A DNA stretch of 64,000 nucleotides. Source: an uncultured virus (IMG/VR IMGVR_UViG_3300024229_000001). Lineage: Duplodnaviria; Heunggongvirae; Uroviricota; Caudoviricetes. The position numbers were made by a program, and so were the translations under genes. The stretch lies in the IMG/VR virus record IMGVR_UViG_3300024229_000001; one strand, 5' to 3'. The notes below the pieces were generated by a model, which did not search any database, was not told the DNA's origin, and worked only from the letters and a program-made list of their open reading frames with translations. Positions 61,216 through 64,000 of this stretch are shown piece after piece (position 1 is the first letter of the stretch; each line of letters opens with the position of its first letter).

Positions 61216-63324
61216 TTACCTCTTATATTGTTGTCTAACCATTTCCCTATGGGTAGCATCAGATGCTCCATTAAAGAAGCGTTGGTTAGGATTATCATAA
61301 TTTTCTTGCCCACCATATATCTCCTTAGGCTGATAGAATTGACTATCAGGTAGCTGTGGAGCTTGGTACGCTCGAAAATTGGGGTTATAACCAAGTAATG
61401 CTGCTTGAGCATCTTCACTATCATCGCCTGATTGCGCAGCAGCTACAAGCGTATCTTCTTCTTCAGCAGTTAGTTGGCCTTCATCACTATTGTCTTCTTT
61501 AAAATTATCTTCGGCTAGTAACTGATTTTGTATAATAGTATCGATAGCGCTGTTGATTGCGTTATCAATTATATTTTGATCAAGTGAAGCTAGTTCAACT
61601 TCTAAAAGAAAAAAAGATTGATCTGAATTATTTGATTGATTATCTTCAAGCTCTGAACCAAATTCGGATGAGCCAAAATTACTTTCAGATGTATTAGCTA
61701 ATAGCCCTGTAGTTGGATCAGTTTGATTTCCTGCGCTGTCAATTGAATTTCCAGAGTTATTTCCAGACGAATTTGAATTATCGAATGACGATCCACCTGA
61801 CCCGGAGTTAAGACTTGACCCTTGGCCGGATTGTTGTTGGGCCTGTTGCTGAGACTGTTGAGCTTGTTGTTGAGACTGTTGGTTTAACGAAGTTGATGTT
61901 GCAATATCGCTATTCAAAGAAGTTAGTGCTGTCCCTGTTGCTAATGATACGGCTGAACCAGCAACAGCATTACCAGCAGCTTCTGCTCCTTGAGCAACTG
62001 AAAGAGCGTTAACATTTGACGCAGGCTTTTCAACGGCTTCTGCTGCAGCTTCTTCAACGGCTTCTGCAGCTTCTTCGACTGGATCAGCAATACCAGTAGA
62101 CTCTTCAGAGCTAATACCAGTAGTTTCTTCTTGACTTACACCAGTAGTTTCTTCTTGACTTACACCAGTAGTTTCTTCTTGACTTACACCAGTAGATTCT
62201 TCTTGACTTACACCAGTACTTTGTCCATCATTAGCTGTAGTACCAGTTTGCTGAGCTTGCTGTTCTTCCTCAAATGCTTGAAGCTGCTCTTGTTCGAACA
62301 CTTCAATCTCTGCTTCAATACCCATTTCAATATCTTCGTTGTATTCAAATGAAGTACCATCAGGTGTCCCACCATCAAAGAAGTCCTCAACTTTTTGCTG
62401 GCCAGTTGCATCAACATTGGAACCACCATAATCAGATTCAAGTTCTGCTAGCATTTCTGCTTGAGTAGGAAGACCAATTGACTTGTTAAACGCATCTTGG
62501 TATCCATAACACGTTGGACTTGATAATGGATCTTCATCGCACTTATCAGTTTCTACTACAGTAAAAATTAATTGGAACTGAACATTGCTTATTTCTGGGC
62601 CATAATATCCACCCCAATATCCTGCATCATAACCGTCTACAGTTATTCTTATTTTCTCAAAGTCTGTACCATTTAAGTCAAATGATTCACCTCCGGAAAA
62701 TTCTTTCCAATTTTCAATTCTATAGTTGTATTCGTATTCTTTAGACCATACAACATCTTGGTTTTCTTGACCTATAAACTCTACAGTAATTGACAATAAG
62801 TCTTGACTGTATCCATATCCTTCTTTATCATATGGTCCTTCAGAAAGAGTGTTTTGCAAGACGTTAACATCAGCACTCTTAATAGTCCAAGAATAGTTGT
62901 AACCATTTACCACAACTCCAGCTTCAGCTAGAGCTTCAGCATATGGAGCAATAATTGGATTTGAATCGTCAATATTGTTAGTTAACACCATATCTTCTTC
63001 AGGACGCCAGCCAAATCTCATAACTCCGTCTGAACTTATTTGCGGACAAGATCTATATGCAGGATTCGAGTACCAAGTACCTTGGGTATGGGCGGGATGA
63101 CTGCCCCACGTTCCATGTCCGTCTGGACGATACGTACAGTCACCTTGAGACTCTGGTCCGGACCAAGCCAATGGATCTTCGACTAAATTGTCGGTTATGT
63201 ATTGCTCACCAAATTCAACCTGACTTGGATCATCTGGTGCTTGCTGCTGTGCTAATACGCTATAGGAGTAAAAGCAGAAGTAAGATACTACCAGCGCCCA
63301 AAGCTGCGCCTTCAAGTTTATCAT
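61216..63324 (-). CDS. large acidic exported protein with low-complexity repeats
   Basis: Signal-peptide-like N-terminus, GYWGGYYGP, C..DPL.SP.C.GY, Q/S/N/E-rich C-terminal half. Confidence 0.75.
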   Translation of the reverse strand: MINLKAQLWALVVSYFCFYSYSVLAQQQAPDDPSQVEFGEQYITDNLVEDPLAWSGPESQGDCTYRPDGHGTWGSHPAHTQGTWYSNPAYRSCPQISSDGVMRFGWRPEEDMVLTNNIDDSNPIIAPYAEALAEAGVVVNGYNYSWTIKSADVNVLQNTLSEGPYDKEGYGYSQDLLSITVEFIGQENQDVVWSKEYEYNYRIENWKEFSGGESFDLNGTDFEKIRITVDGYDAGYWGGYYGPEISNVQFQLIFTVVETDKCDEDPLSSPTCYGYQDAFNKSIGLPTQAEMLAELESDYGGSNVDATGQQKVEDFFDGGTPDGTSFEYNEDIEMGIEAEIEVFEQEQLQAFEEEQQAQQTGTTANDGQSTGVSQEESTGVSQEETTGVSQEETTGVSQEETTGISSEESTGIADPVEEAAEAVEEAAAEAVEKPASNVNALSVAQGAEAAGNAVAGSAVSLATGTALTSLNSDIATSTSLNQQSQQQAQQSQQQAQQQSGQGSSLNSGSGGSSFDNSNSSGNNSGNSIDSAGNQTDPTTGLLANTSESNFGSSEFGSELEDNQSNNSDQSFFLLEVELASLDQNIIDNAINSAIDTIIQNQLLAEDNFKEDNSDEGQLTAEEEDTLVAAAQSGDDSEDAQAALLGYNPNFRAYQAPQLPDSQFYQPKEIYGGQENYDNPNQRFFNGASDATHREMVRQQYKR
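62092..62219. repeat. 24-bp coding tandem repeat (~5.3 copies; TGVSQEET)
   Basis: ACCAGTAGTTTCTTCTTGACTTAC units at 62092, 62116, 62140, 62164, 62188, 62212. Confidence 0.9.
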
Positions 63325-64000
63325 TACGTCGTAACTCCTGTTCTATAGTCTCTGGCTGCATCTCAATATTTTCATCCCAAAGCTGTTGAGCCTCAGCGCC
63401 AATTGTACCATTAAACGGACAAGGTGTTCCAGCCATTTCCATCGCTTTAAAGACACTAGGATCTTGACACATCAAAGACACAGCAGCCACTTTCATTCCC
63501 ATATTATAAAGAGTCTTAGAGTTTTTTAAACGCTCACAATTTAAATCACGAATATGTCCACCACCGCTTGCACCAAGTATTTGTGTTTGAACTGCAGCTG
63601 AAAAAGTAACTGTACAAGTATCATTACCACCTGTCATCACTGTCGGCGCGATGGCCGATGGTGGAGCAGTTATAATTTCTTGTTTAATATTGCTGTCATT
63701 ATTATTATTGTTATTATTTGTATTCGTTGCAGTACTATTAACAGTCGTATCATTAGTATTAGTGTTGGTATTGGTGTTCGTATTGGTATTTGTGTTAGTG
63801 TTATTCGAAGTGCTGTTTATAGTTTGATCAATAGTTGAATCTGTAGTACTGTTTACCGTTGACGTATTAGTATTCGTATTAGTGTTAGTATTTGTGTTAG
63901 TGTTATTTGTACCACCAGATAAAACATTATTATTTGTATTCGTTGAGGTGCTATTTACTGTTGATGTATTTACATTTGTATTGTTATTCGTATTCGTATT
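63260..64000 (-). CDS. Cys-rich protein with Asn/Thr repeats and C-terminal hydrophobic tail (start lies beyond the window)
   Basis: Frame stays open upstream of 63640 (NNNDSNIKQEIITAPPSAIAPT...); CERLK..KTLY.MGMKVAAVS.MCQD. Confidence 0.75.
   Translation of the reverse strand, partial: NTNTNNNTNVNTSTVNSTSTNTNNNVLSGGTNNTNTNTNTNTNTNTSTVNSTTDSTIDQTINSTSNNTNTNTNTNTNTNTNTNDTTVNSTATNTNNNNNNNDSNIKQEIITAPPSAIAPTVMTGGNDTCTVTFSAAVQTQILGASGGGHIRDLNCERLKNSKTLYNMGMKVAAVSLMCQDPSVFKAMEMAGTPCPFNGTIGAEAQQLWDENIEMQPETIEQELRRNDKLEGAALGAGSILLLLLLL

Noticed and set aside
62092..62219. Regular direct repeats resembling a CRISPR array
   Set aside because: The 24-bp units are contiguous with no spacers and encode an in-frame peptide repeat

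Overview
This 64-kb AT-rich window is part of a T4-like (myovirus-type) phage genome, almost all on the + strand up to ~59.7 kb and on the - strand after that. Host-like genes (cytochrome c2-like, DUF1127, DUF465, DoxX, IbpA-type Hsp20 with a ROSE-like leader) suggest an alphaproteobacterial, probably marine, host; this is inference. Core content: the replication/recombination module (uvsW, gp55, gp47/46, gp45/44/62, regA, gp43, uvsX, gp41, rnh), nucleotide metabolism (nrdAB, thyX, dCMP deaminase), two tRNAs, and lysis genes (GH19 endolysin, spanin pair). Main points of interest: (1) a late cluster at 34.5-44.7 kb whose proteins share a T4 capsid-targeting-like N-terminus, including a ligase-like KWDG enzyme, an HxGH nucleotidyltransferase, a PD-(D/E)xK-like protein and an apparent protease-cleaved polyprotein; (2) a cytosine-modification locus (dCMP hydroxymethylase-like, cytidylyltransferase, GT-A, atypical C5-MTase, NTP pyrophosphatases); (3) non-coding signals: a ROSE-like thermometer, an antisense promoter beside uvsW, promoter/stem-loop cassettes, a candidate late sRNA, and a hidden antisense ORF. 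All calls come from reading motifs and gene order; no searches were run.
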